This document shows positions 24,271 through 33,712 of a DNA stretch of 64,000 nucleotides, one piece after another. Numbering within the stretch: the first letter of the stretch is position 1; every line of letters begins with the position of its first letter. Under the pieces are notes generated by a model. The model was not told where the DNA came from. It ran no database searches and saw only the letters and a list, made by a program, of their open reading frames with translations. The translations under genes and the position numbers were made by a program. Where the stretch lies: positions 11,446-75,445 of the forward strand of contig CALVLN010000006.1 of NCBI GenBank assembly GCA_944338165.1, in the 5' to 3' direction. The DNA is from an uncultured Clostridia bacterium. Lineage in GTDB: Bacteria; Bacillota; Clostridia; Christensenellales; Borkfalkiaceae.

Positions 24271-25653
24271 TCAGTTGAAGGCGACCTTTTCGGTGAGGAA
24301 GCGGATCGCTTCTTCCAGGGTGAGGCGGGTCTGCTCCATGCTGTCGCGGTCGCGCACGGTCACCGTGCCGTCCTCGAGCGTCTGGAAGTCGACGGTCAGG
24401 CAGTAGGGGGTGCCGATCTCATCCTGGCGGCGGTAACGCTTGCCGATGGAGCCCGCCTCGTCGTACGCCGTCATGAACAGTTTGGAAAGCTTTGCGTGCC
24501 ATTCCTTCGCCTGCGGGGCGAGGTTCTTCTGCAGGGGCAGCACGGCGGCCTTGTATGCCGCGACGGCGGGATGCAGATGCAGCACGGTGCGCACGTCCCC
24601 GCCTTCGAGCGTCTGCTCCTCGTATGCCTCGGAAAGCACGGCGAGCATGAGGCGGTCGGCGCCGATGGAATATTCCACCACATAGGGGATGTAGCGGGAA
24701 TTGTCGACGGGGTCGATGTAGGTCATGCTCTTGCCCGAGTATTCCTGATGGCGGGAAAGGTCGTAGTCGGTGCGGTTGTGGATGCCGTTGAGCTCCGACC
24801 AGCCCATGGGGAAGAGGTACTGGATGTCGCACGCCTCTTTGGCGTAATGGGCGAGCTTGTCGTGATCCTTATAGCGCAGATGTTCCGGCGAGAAGCCGAG
24901 GTCGATGAGGAAATCCCAGGCTTTTTTCTTGAACAGCGCGTAATATTCGCTGTCCGTGCCCTGCTTGCAGAACCACTGGTGCTCCATCTGTTCAAATTCG
25001 ATGGTGCGGAAGATGAAGTTGCCGGGCGTGATCTCGTTCCGGAACGCCTTGCCGATCTGCGCGATGCCGAAGGGCACCTTTGCGCGCGTCGTGCGCTGTA
25101 CGTTGAGGAAGTTGACGAATTCGCCCTGCGCCGTTTCGGGGCGAAGATAGATCTTGTTCTGGTTTTCGTCCGTCACCCCGCGCGAGGTCTCAAACATGAG
25201 ATTGAAGGTGCGGATGCCCGTCCAGTTGAACTTGCCGCAGACGGGGCAGCAGACATGGTGCTCCTGAATGTAGGCTTCCATTTCCTCGTTGGTCATGGCG
25301 TCGGGGTTGACCTTTCCCTTGGAATGCGCTTCGATGAGGGTATCCGCGCGGTGGCGGCTCTTGCATTCCTTGCAGTCCATTTTGGGGTCGGTGAAGGAGG
25401 TGGTGTGCCCGCTCGCATCCCACACGCGCGAATTCATGAGGATGGCCGCGTCGACGCCGAAGGAGTTCTCGCTCTCCTGTACGAAGCGCTTCCACCAGGC
25501 GCGCTTGATGTTGTTTTTCATCTCCACGCCTACGGGACCGTAGTCCCACGTGTTGCCCATGCCGCCGTAGATCTCGCTGCCGGGGAAGATGATGCCCCTG
25601 CTCTTGCAAAGCGAAACGAGCTTTTCCATCGTGACCGTCTTGTTTTCTGCCAT
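24271..25653 (-). CDS. glyQS: glycine--tRNA ligase (dimeric class II)
   Basis: MEKLVSLCKSRGIIFPGSEIYGGMGNTWDYGPVGVEMKNNIKRAWW is the canonical GlyQS N-terminus. 460 aa. Confidence 0.95.
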   Translation of the reverse strand: MAENKTVTMEKLVSLCKSRGIIFPGSEIYGGMGNTWDYGPVGVEMKNNIKRAWWKRFVQESENSFGVDAAILMNSRVWDASGHTTSFTDPKMDCKECKSRHRADTLIEAHSKGKVNPDAMTNEEMEAYIQEHHVCCPVCGKFNWTGIRTFNLMFETSRGVTDENQNKIYLRPETAQGEFVNFLNVQRTTRAKVPFGIAQIGKAFRNEITPGNFIFRTIEFEQMEHQWFCKQGTDSEYYALFKKKAWDFLIDLGFSPEHLRYKDHDKLAHYAKEACDIQYLFPMGWSELNGIHNRTDYDLSRHQEYSGKSMTYIDPVDNSRYIPYVVEYSIGADRLMLAVLSEAYEEQTLEGGDVRTVLHLHPAVAAYKAAVLPLQKNLAPQAKEWHAKLSKLFMTAYDEAGSIGKRYRRQDEIGTPYCLTVDFQTLEDGTVTVRDRDSMEQTRLTLEEAIRFLTEKVAFN

Positions 25654-25784
25654 GGTATCCGTCCTTATTTTCTCAAATATGCAAAGAACGACGCGTAAAG
25701 GCCTTACGCGCGTTTCTGTGTTGTTATTATTCTAACTTTTTCCGCCCGTCAAGTCAAGCGCTTTGCGCGCCCGCCGTAAATTTT

Positions 25785-26639
25785 TCAGATGCGGAAGAGG
25801 CGGAACAGCGCCTGCGCGCCCAGCGTCGCCGCCCCCGCGAGCAGGAAGTAAAAGAGCAGGTCAAACGCCTCCCCTTCGGGAAAGAGCAGGGAGAGCGCGT
25901 ACACGGCGCCCGCCGCCAGCGCGCCCGCGGGCACCCGCCACAGCCGCCGCGGGAAGGAGACTGCCTCCCGTCCGCGCTGCAGCGCGTCGGCAAAGGGCAG
26001 GAAGACGGCGGCGCCCGAAAGCAGACCCGCCGCCTGCACCATGTCGTGGGGACAGGCAAACAGGAGGGGGAGGAGGGAGAGCGCGGCGAGCAGGGCGAGC
26101 GCATAGAAGCGGAAGCGGTACCACCGCGCGTAAACGAGTTCCCAAAGAAGCGCAACGGCGACGCCGAGCGCAAACCCCGCCAAAACGTCGCTCGGGTAAT
26201 GTACGCCGAGGTAGAGGCGGGAAAGCATGATGAGGAAGACGACGAGCGCACAGGCGGCCCATGCCCACGCCCGCTTCACGGCCGCCCCCGTGCCCGTCAG
26301 AAAGGAGGCGGAGGCCTGCGCGTGCCCGCTGGGGAAGGAGAGGGCGTCGCCGAGGCCTTCCGTGGAGACGAAGAAGTTATTCACGTCGACGCGGGAAACG
26401 ACGCCCGCCGCATACGGCCGCGGCCGCGAGACGGCGTGTTTCAGCCCCACGTTGAGCGGGAGCGAGGTGAGGGCGATGAGGGCAAGTTTCTCCCCCGTGC
26501 GCCCGGCTGCCAGCCAGTATACGAGCATGACGGCTGCCGTCAGCGTCAGCGATTCGCCGAGAAAGGAGAATGCGGAAAAGACCGCGGTGAGCGCGGGGCA
26601 TCGGATGTATTCGAGCCATTGAAGGATCATCTCGTCCAT
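25785..26639 (-). CDS. PAP2-family phosphatase (BcrC-like)
   Basis: KHAVSRPRP, SFPSGH and SRLYLGVHYPSDV acid-phosphatase motifs. Multi-TM. Start at 26639 (MDEMIL) or 26678. Confidence 0.85.
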   Translation of the reverse strand: MDEMILQWLEYIRCPALTAVFSAFSFLGESLTLTAAVMLVYWLAAGRTGEKLALIALTSLPLNVGLKHAVSRPRPYAAGVVSRVDVNNFFVSTEGLGDALSFPSGHAQASASFLTGTGAAVKRAWAWAACALVVFLIMLSRLYLGVHYPSDVLAGFALGVAVALLWELVYARWYRFRFYALALLAALSLLPLLFACPHDMVQAAGLLSGAAVFLPFADALQRGREAVSFPRRLWRVPAGALAAGAVYALSLLFPEGEAFDLLFYFLLAGAATLGAQALFRLFRI

Positions 26640-26737
26640 ACAGACAGTATAGCATATTTCTGCGCAAAATGCCCGCAAAAAACTCGCGGAAAGTTACAAA
26701 AAAATTGTGTAAAAGGGTATCATTTCCCCAAAAAGTA

Positions 26738-26746
26738 TGGTATAAT
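26738..26746 (+). promoter_or_regulatory. extended -10 element upstream of glnS
   Basis: TGgTATAAT at 26738-26746. No good -35. Confidence 0.4.
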
Positions 26747-26800
26747 CAAAAAGGACAATTTCGGGCGGGCGGCATGCGCCCGCGGCACAAAGGATTTGAC

Positions 26801-28426
26801 ATGGCAGAAGCGACGAATTTCATCGAACAGATCATCAACGAGGAGCTGGAAAGCGGCAAGGTGACGGGCGTTCAGACCCGGTTCCCGCCCGAGCCGAACG
26901 GCTATCTGCACATCGGCCACGCCAAGAGCATGTACGTCAATTTCGGTACGGCGGAAAAATACGGCGGCAAGTGCAATCTCTTTTTCGACGACACCAACCC
27001 CTCCAAGGAAAAAACGGAATACGTGGAGGCCATCCGCGCCGATATCCGCTGGATGGGCTATCACTGGGAAAAGGAAGTGTACGCCTCCGACTTTTTCCCC
27101 GTCATTTACGAGGACGCGGTCAAGCTCATCAAAATGGGCAAGGCATACGTGTGCGACCTCTCTGCCGACGAGATCCGCGAAACGCGCGGCACGCTCACGG
27201 AGCCCGGGCGGGAAAGCCCTTACCGCGGCCGCAGCATCGAGGAAAACCTGCGCCTCTTCGAGGAGATGAAGGAGGGCAGATACGCCGACGGGGAAAAGTG
27301 TCTGCGCGCCAAGATCGACATGGCGTCGCCCAACATCAACCTGCGCGATCCCGTCATCTACCGCATCCTGCACGCGGCGCACCACCGCACGGGGGATACC
27401 TGGTGCATCTATCCCATGTATGATTTCGCGCACCCCATCTGCGATTATATGCAGGGGGTGACGCATTCGCTCTGCACGCTGGAATTTGAGGATCACCGTC
27501 CGCTTTACGATTGGGTGGGGCTCACGCTCGGGTTTTCGCCCAAACCCCGCCAGATCGAATTTGCGCGGCTGAACATCACCAACCTCGTCATGAGCAAGCG
27601 GTATCTGAAAAAGCTGGTCGAGGACGGCGCCGTGCACGGGTGGGACGATCCGCGCATGCCCACGCTCGCCGGGCTGCGCAATCGCGGCATCCCCGTGCCC
27701 GCCATCAAGGATTTTTGCGCCCGCGCAGGGATCACCAAGGCAAATTCCGAATGCGAGATCGGGTATTTCGAGGCGTGCGTGCGCGAATATCTCAACGCGC
27801 ATGCCCCCCGCGCCATGGCGGTGGTCGAACCTCTGAAACTCACCGTCACCAACTATGAGGGCAGCGAGGAGGTCGATTTCGACGTCAATCAGCTGGACCC
27901 CGAAGCCGGCACCCGCAAGGTGCGGTTCGGCAGGACGCTTTACGTGGAGCGCAGCGACTTTTCGCTCGATCCGCCGCCCAAGTATTACCGCCTGAAGATC
28001 GGCGGATACGTGCGGCTGAAGAATGCCTACATCGTGCGCTGCGACGAGGCGGTGACCGACGAGGCGGGGAACGTGACGGAAGTCAAATGCACCTATCTGC
28101 CCGAATCGCGCAGCGGATCGGACAAGAGCGGCGTCAAGGCGAAGGGCGTCATCCATTGGGTGAACGCGGAGACGGCGGCGGATGCGGAGATCAGAAAATA
28201 CGATCATCTCCTGCGCGACGCCGACTATGCGGGGCAGGACTTCTCCGAACGCATGAATTACGACAGCGAGCACGTCTTTTGCGGCAAGGCGGAGCCGGCG
28301 CTCGCGGCGGCGGCAGACGGAGACAGCTTCCAGCTCATGCGCACGGGATATTACAAAAAGGCGACGGAAGGGGGGAAGCTCATCCTCTCCGAGATCGTGT
28401 CGCTCAAGGATAATTTCAACAAATAA
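26801..28426 (+). CDS. glnS: glutamine--tRNA ligase
   Basis: FPPEPNGYLHIGHAKS (HIGH) and VMSKR (KMSKS-like). GlnRS-type C-terminal anticodon-binding region. ATG at 26801. Confidence 0.93.
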   Translation: MAEATNFIEQIINEELESGKVTGVQTRFPPEPNGYLHIGHAKSMYVNFGTAEKYGGKCNLFFDDTNPSKEKTEYVEAIRADIRWMGYHWEKEVYASDFFPVIYEDAVKLIKMGKAYVCDLSADEIRETRGTLTEPGRESPYRGRSIEENLRLFEEMKEGRYADGEKCLRAKIDMASPNINLRDPVIYRILHAAHHRTGDTWCIYPMYDFAHPICDYMQGVTHSLCTLEFEDHRPLYDWVGLTLGFSPKPRQIEFARLNITNLVMSKRYLKKLVEDGAVHGWDDPRMPTLAGLRNRGIPVPAIKDFCARAGITKANSECEIGYFEACVREYLNAHAPRAMAVVEPLKLTVTNYEGSEEVDFDVNQLDPEAGTRKVRFGRTLYVERSDFSLDPPPKYYRLKIGGYVRLKNAYIVRCDEAVTDEAGNVTEVKCTYLPESRSGSDKSGVKAKGVIHWVNAETAADAEIRKYDHLLRDADYAGQDFSERMNYDSEHVFCGKAEPALAAAADGDSFQLMRTGYYKKATEGGKLILSEIVSLKDNFNK

Positions 28427-28461
28427 CGGCATGCGCCGCGCGCTGCCGACAAGGAGGAAGT

Positions 28462-29532
28462 ATGGGGACTATGAATTTGCTTGCCGTCACGGCGCCGCAG
28501 ATCGCGCTTATCGTCGTCGCGGTGTTTGCGGCGCTCGCCGCGCTCATCGGCTTCGTCCGCCGTTTTTCGCGCGGGAGCTGGCTGGGGATGCAGATCTGCG
28601 TCCTGTTTGCCGCGACGTTTCTGCTCGGCAAGATCCCTGCCTTTGAAAACGATTACGTCTCATTCGGCGTCACGGCGGGCGCGTTCCTGCTCGCCGCCGT
28701 CGTCGTGTTTGCCCTGGGCGGGCTGCTGCGCGCCTTTTTCGACCGCCGCCGCGCGCGCCGGCGCAAAAGCAACTGGTTTCTTTTGCTCATCGACAGCCTG
28801 TGCGGCGCCGTCAACGGCGTCATCAACCTTGCGGTGTTTGCCGCGGTGATCGGCGGGCTCGTGTGCAGCGTCGTCTGGCACTGCACGTCCGTGCGCGACG
28901 GCGTGTTCGGCACCCTCTTTGCGTACGAGCTGGGCGGCGTCGTCCTCTGGGACAAGGTCATGCCTTACGTGCTTGACGCCGTGCTCGTCTCCCTGCTCGC
29001 CATCGCCGTCAACGGCGGGTACCGCCTCGGGCTCCTTCGCTCGCTCTGGACGGTCGTCATGGTCCTTCTCGGCACGGCGGCGTTCGCATTCAGCGTGTAC
29101 GCCGTGCTCAACATCGGCCCGTTCAGCGGATTGGCCGTCCGGCTCGGCGAATTCTTCCTGGAAACGGGCATGGGCGACGGGCTTGCGCTCGGGCTCGGCA
29201 TGCTTGCCGTCGGCGGCGGGACGTTCCTCCTCTGCCTCATCGTGCTTGCGCTTTTGAATTTGCTCGTCGGGTTCGGCGTGCGCGCGGTAGACCGCTCGTC
29301 GGTGCTGCGCGTCCTGGACGGGACGATCATCGCGGTGCTTCTCTATGCCGTCGTGCTTGCCGTCATCCTGCTGCTGCAGTATGCGGTCGCCGCGGCGGCC
29401 GGCGGATCGTTCGGCGAACAGATCGCAGAGTATGCGCAGAACTTCCGCCTGGAGGAGCTGTTCACCTCCTCGCCGCTCTGTAAGTTCTTCTACGATTGCA
29501 ACCCCGTGCGCCTCTTGCTCGCCAAGGGCTGA
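28462..29532 (+). CDS. polytopic membrane protein (possibly CvpA-like N-terminus)
   Basis: 356 aa, about 8-10 hydrophobic helices. AAGGAGG RBS. Lies 36 nt after glnS. Confidence 0.65.
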   Translation: MGTMNLLAVTAPQIALIVVAVFAALAALIGFVRRFSRGSWLGMQICVLFAATFLLGKIPAFENDYVSFGVTAGAFLLAAVVVFALGGLLRAFFDRRRARRRKSNWFLLLIDSLCGAVNGVINLAVFAAVIGGLVCSVVWHCTSVRDGVFGTLFAYELGGVVLWDKVMPYVLDAVLVSLLAIAVNGGYRLGLLRSLWTVVMVLLGTAAFAFSVYAVLNIGPFSGLAVRLGEFFLETGMGDGLALGLGMLAVGGGTFLLCLIVLALLNLLVGFGVRAVDRSSVLRVLDGTIIAVLLYAVVLAVILLLQYAVAAAAGGSFGEQIAEYAQNFRLEELFTSSPLCKFFYDCNPVRLLLAKG

Positions 29533-29571
29533 TAAAGGGCGGCAAAACGGCGGATACTTGAGAGAAAGGAT

Positions 29572-29943
29572 ATGCTGGACACAAGGACGGCGGCGCTGCT
29601 CGCCCATCTCAACGGGCTGTGCCGCGAAGGGAAATACGAGGTCGTGGAGGCGGACGAGCTGTTGTCCTGCTTCCCCCCGAAGGCGGGCATGGACCGCGAA
29701 AACCTGCAGAAGACGCTCGCCTATCTCAGCGAAAACGGCTACGTGGACATCCGTTACGAAGAGGACGGGCTGTATTGCCTGTGCCCGCTGCCTGCGGGCA
29801 GGCTGTACACCGAGCATGCCCGTGCGGCAAAGCGGGATGCGTTCCGCCGCCGCCGCGACACGGTGCTGCTCGCCGCCGCGGGGGCGTTTGTCGGCGGGTT
29901 CCTCGGTGCGCTGCTCGCCTGGGGCGTCGCGCTTTGGCTATAA
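29572..29943 (+). CDS. small wHTH-like protein with a C-terminal TM anchor
   Basis: 123 aa. AAAGGA RBS. C-terminal TM LLAAAGAFVGGFLGALLAWGVALWL after a basic stretch. Confidence 0.6.
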   Translation: MLDTRTAALLAHLNGLCREGKYEVVEADELLSCFPPKAGMDRENLQKTLAYLSENGYVDIRYEEDGLYCLCPLPAGRLYTEHARAAKRDAFRRRRDTVLLAAAGAFVGGFLGALLAWGVALWL

Positions 29944-29954
29944 AGGAGAACGGT

Positions 29955-30326
29955 TTGCTCAACGAAAGACTCAATCAGCGGGAAGAAGCGGTGATGAACG
30001 CCGTCGTGACCCTGGCCGCGGGCAGGGAAAAGCTGCTCTGTACCCCGCAGGAGATCCTGGCGCTTCTGCCGCCCAAACAGGGCATGGACGAGGGGACGCT
30101 GGACGGCGTGCTCTCCGCGCTCGAACTTGACGGTTATTTTCAGCTTACGCACACCGAGCGGAAGGGGGAAAAGATGTATGTCTTTCACCTGCTGACGGCT
30201 GGTCTCTCCTATAAGCGTTCGGGGGCGCAGCGCAAGCGCAGCTTTTACATCCGGCTGCTCGTGACCGTTGCCCTGGCTGTGCTTTCCTTCCTCATCGGCA
30301 TCGTCCTCAAACTCATCTTTACGTAA
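29955..30326 (+). CDS. paralog of the preceding wHTH-like/TM protein (TTG start)
   Basis: AAGGAG lies 6 nt before the TTG at 29955. Aligns with the upstream gene (LLSCFPPKAGMDRENLQKTLAYLSENGYV versus ILALLPPKQGMDEGTLDGVLSALELDGYF). C-terminal TM LLVTVALAVLSFLIGIVLKLIF. Confidence 0.55.
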   Translation: MLNERLNQREEAVMNAVVTLAAGREKLLCTPQEILALLPPKQGMDEGTLDGVLSALELDGYFQLTHTERKGEKMYVFHLLTAGLSYKRSGAQRKRSFYIRLLVTVALAVLSFLIGIVLKLIFT

Positions 30327-30342
30327 TGCGTCCCGCATTTGC

Positions 30343-30371
30343 TTGACAAACGGGGGCAAGAGCGGTATCAT
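30343..30371 (+). promoter_or_regulatory. sigma-A promoter for uvrB
   Basis: TTGACA (30343-30348), 17 nt, TATCAT (30366-30371). Confidence 0.6.
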
Positions 30372-30396
30372 AGACGCAAACGTATGTTTGCGTCTA
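30371..30396. promoter_or_regulatory. 26-bp perfect palindrome, putative LexA/SOS-type operator
   Basis: TAGACGCAAAC-GTAT-GTTTGCGTCTA. The core AAAC-N4-GTTT resembles the Bacillota SOS box GAAC-N4-GTTC. It abuts the -10 and covers the predicted start site. Confidence 0.5.
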
Positions 30397-30419
30397 TTCA
30401 TCTTTCTGCGGAGGATCCC

Positions 30420-32381
30420 ATGGAGCATCACGAGTTCAAATTGCACGCGCCCTTTTCCCCGACGGGCGATCAGCCGCAGGCCATCGAAAAGCTCACGGAA
30501 GGGGTGCTGGACGGCATCCGCACGCAGGTGCTGGTGGGCGTCACGGGCAGCGGCAAGACGTTCACCATGGCCAACGTCATCAAAAACGTCGGGAGGCCTA
30601 CGCTCGTCATCGCCCACAACAAGACGCTCGCCGCGCAGCTGTGCAACGAGTTCCGCGCGTTTTTCCCCGAAAACCGCGTGGAATATTTCGTCTCGTATTA
30701 CGATTATTATCAGCCGGAGAGCTATATCCCGCAGACGGATACGTACATCGAAAAAGATCTTTCCATGAACGACGAGATCGACAAGCTGCGCAATGCGGCG
30801 ACCTGCTCGCTGGGCGAGCGGGACGACGTCATCGTCGTCTCCTCCGTTTCCTGCATTTACGGGCTGGGCGCGCCGGAGGAGTTTTTCCGCCTCGGCATTT
30901 CCCTGCGCCCGGGGCAGGCCATGGCGCGGGACGAACTGCTCCGCCGCCTGGTAGAGATCCATTATACGCGCAACGATACCGATTTCCGCCGTTCCGTATT
31001 CCGCGTGCGCGGGGACGTGGTGGAGATCTTCCCCGCATCCAATTCCGACATCGCCCTCCGCGTCGAATTTTTCGGCGACGAGATCGACCGCATCGGCGAA
31101 GAGGATCCCGTGACGGGGAAGCTCGTCTCCGAGCTCAAACATGCCGTCGTCTTTCCCGCCAGCCATTACGCGGTGGGATCCGAGCGCATGCAGGCGGCGC
31201 TTTCCATGATCGAAGAGGATCTGAAGGGGGAAGTCAGGGCGTTTGAGGAAGCGGGGAAACTCCTCGAAGCGCAGCGGCTCTCCCAGCGCACCGAGCACGA
31301 CCTTGAGATGATGCGGGAGATCGGGTATTGCTCGGGGGTGGAGAATTATTCCCGTTATTTCGACGGGCGCAGCCCGGGCGAGCCCTCGTTCACGCTGCTC
31401 GATTATTTTCCCGATGACTTTCTCGTGTTCATCGACGAGAGCCACATGACCATCCCGCAGATCCGCGCCATGTACCACGGCGATCTCTCGCGCAAGAAAA
31501 ACCTCGTCGATTACGGATTCCGCATGCGCTCTGCATACGACAACCGCCCCCTGACCTTTGAGGAGTTTGACGCGCGCGTGCCGCAGCTCATCTGCGTCTC
31601 CGCGACGCCCGCCCCGTACGAGCTGGGGGAGGCGGGGCAGGTGGTGGAGCAGCTCATCCGCCCCACGGGGCTTCTCGATCCGCCCGTCACCGCCCGGCCG
31701 ACCAAGGGGCAGATCGACGACCTTCTTTCCGAGATCCGCACGGCGGTCGGGGCGGGGGGCAGGGTGCTGGTGACCACGCTTACCAAGCGCATGGCAGAAT
31801 CGCTCACCGATTATCTCAAGGAAAACAACGTCAAAGTGCGCTATATGCACTCGGATATCGATACGCTCGAGCGCATCGACATCGTCAACGGGCTGCGTTC
31901 GGGCGCGTTTGACGTGCTTTGCGGCATCAACCTGCTGCGCGAAGGGCTGGATCTTCCCGAGGTGCGGCTCGTCGCCATCCTCGACGCGGATAAGGAAGGG
32001 TTTCTGCGCAGCGAGACGTCGCTCGTGCAGACCATCGGCCGCGCCGCGCGCAACGCGGAGGGGCGGGTCATCATGTATGCGGATACCGTGACCGGGAGCA
32101 TGGAGCGCGCCATCGCCGAGACCAATCGCCGCCGCGCCGTCCAGCAGGCATACAACGAGGCGCATCACATCGTGCCGAAGACCATCGTCAAGGACATCGC
32201 GCCCACCTTCGTCATCACGGGCAAGGCGAAAAAGACGGACGAGATCAAGGCGTCGGACATCCCCGAGGAGATCGAAAAGCTCAAGGCGCTCATGAAGGTC
32301 GCATCCGCGCAGCTGGATTTCGAGCGCGCCATCGAGATCCGCGAGCAGATCGCGGAACTCAAAAGACGAATGAGAAAATAG
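30420..32381 (+). CDS. uvrB: excinuclease ABC subunit B
   Basis: [30 protein letters not shown], helicase motifs, and the C-terminal UVR motif ([13 protein letters not shown]). GGAGG RBS before the ATG at 30420. Confidence 0.95.
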   Translation: MEHHEFKLHAPFSPTGDQPQAIEKLTEGVLDGIRTQVLVGVTGSGKTFTMANVIKNVGRPTLVIAHNKTLAAQLCNEFRAFFPENRVEYFVSYYDYYQPESYIPQTDTYIEKDLSMNDEIDKLRNAATCSLGERDDVIVVSSVSCIYGLGAPEEFFRLGISLRPGQAMARDELLRRLVEIHYTRNDTDFRRSVFRVRGDVVEIFPASNSDIALRVEFFGDEIDRIGEEDPVTGKLVSELKHAVVFPASHYAVGSERMQAALSMIEEDLKGEVRAFEEAGKLLEAQRLSQRTEHDLEMMREIGYCSGVENYSRYFDGRSPGEPSFTLLDYFPDDFLVFIDESHMTIPQIRAMYHGDLSRKKNLVDYGFRMRSAYDNRPLTFEEFDARVPQLICVSATPAPYELGEAGQVVEQLIRPTGLLDPPVTARPTKGQIDDLLSEIRTAVGAGGRVLVTTLTKRMAESLTDYLKENNVKVRYMHSDIDTLERIDIVNGLRSGAFDVLCGINLLREGLDLPEVRLVAILDADKEGFLRSETSLVQTIGRAARNAEGRVIMYADTVTGSMERAIAETNRRRAVQQAYNEAHHIVPKTIVKDIAPTFVITGKAKKTDEIKASDIPEEIEKLKALMKVASAQLDFERAIEIREQIAELKRRMRK

Positions 32382-32392
32382 CGAGGTGAAGC

Positions 32393-33664
32393 ATGAAGAT
32401 CGCAGTCGATCTGGACGATACGCTCAGCATCGTCGACCGCGTCAGCCGCGGACAGGCGTACATTCAGCGGAAGGGGCTCCCGTTCCGCCTGCGGGATCCC
32501 GATTCCCAGCACCTCCTGCGCGTCTTTGACTGGACGGAGGAGGACGCGGTGGAATTCGTGCGGGACGGGGGCATCACCGTGTATACCGAGGCGGAACTGC
32601 GCCCCGGCGCCCGCGAAACGCTTACCCGCTGGCGCGAGGAAGGGCATACCGTGGTCGTCCTGACGGCGCGGCTCAACGCTTTTTTCGAGAATCCGTACAG
32701 CATCAGCCGCGATTGGCTGGAAAAACGGAAGATCCCCTACGACGAGCTCGCGGTGGTGACGTCCGGCAAGGGCATGTACTGTGCCGAGCACGGCATCTCC
32801 CTGCTCGTGGACAACGACCTTGAAAATTGCCTCGATGCGCAGCGCCACGGCGTGAGCGCCATCCTCATGGTCAGCCGCGAGACGCTCCCCCGCGCCCGCG
32901 AGGTGCGCTTCGGCGGGGCAAACTGGAAGCAGGTGGAGGGGAAGGCAGACGTCATTTTCCGCACGGCGGAGCTGGAAGCGCTCACGGCGCGCGCCGTCCG
33001 TGCGCGCAGAGTGGAATCGTACGACGGCTGGACGCTCTCCTTCGACGGCTGGAAACAGCCGCGCGGCAACTGCGTGCGCCCCGCCATGCCTTCCCGCCTC
33101 GCGTTGGAGGATAAGATCGTCGTCTGCGAGGAAAAATACCGTGCGGAGGGGCGCGCCTGCCGGTTTCTGCTCACGCCGTCCGATCTGCCGCTCGACGATC
33201 TGCTCTCCCGCCGCGGATATCTCACCGAGCGCATGTGTTTTCAGATGACGGCGGAACTTGACCGCCCGTACCGCTTCTGTGAGGTGGCGGACGTGTACGA
33301 GGAACCCTCCGAGCCGTGGCTGCGCGACTATTACGCCCTGCACGGGACGGAGAAGGCGCGCGAGTTCCGCCTGACGCAGGGCAAGGCGTTTTACGTCTCC
33401 GTCCGCGTCGGGGGAGAGGCCGCCGCCGTCGCCACGGGCATTCTCGACGGGGAGTGGCTGGGGTTGTACGACGTGTACACCCGCGAGGATCTGCGCCGTC
33501 TCGGCTACGGGCGCGCCGTCTGTGAGACCGCGCTCCGTGAGGGGGTGCGCTGCGGGGCGCACCGCGCCTATCTGCAGATGCAGGCGGGCAACCGGGAGGC
33601 GGAATCGCTCTATACGGGGCTCGGCTTTGCGCGCGCACACGAGTATTGGTACCGCGTCAAATAA
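32393..33664 (+). CDS. fusion protein: HAD-like 5'(3')-nucleotidase-type domain plus GNAT acetyltransferase domain
   Basis: N-terminal DxDxT (KIAVDLDDTL). C-terminal GNAT motif A (RRLGYGRAV) and an upstream GW.L....G....N pattern. Confidence 0.7.
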   Translation: MKIAVDLDDTLSIVDRVSRGQAYIQRKGLPFRLRDPDSQHLLRVFDWTEEDAVEFVRDGGITVYTEAELRPGARETLTRWREEGHTVVVLTARLNAFFENPYSISRDWLEKRKIPYDELAVVTSGKGMYCAEHGISLLVDNDLENCLDAQRHGVSAILMVSRETLPRAREVRFGGANWKQVEGKADVIFRTAELEALTARAVRARRVESYDGWTLSFDGWKQPRGNCVRPAMPSRLALEDKIVVCEEKYRAEGRACRFLLTPSDLPLDDLLSRRGYLTERMCFQMTAELDRPYRFCEVADVYEEPSEPWLRDYYALHGTEKAREFRLTQGKAFYVSVRVGGEAAAVATGILDGEWLGLYDVYTREDLRRLGYGRAVCETALREGVRCGAHRAYLQMQAGNREAESLYTGLGFARAHEYWYRVK

Positions 33665-33712
33665 GTTTAATCCATCATTCCCCCGCATGCTCGGGAGAAC
33701 GGTCATATCGGT

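Noticed and set aside
29754-32168. 804-aa minus-strand ORF
   Set aside because: Antisense shadow of uvrB and the upstream small genes.
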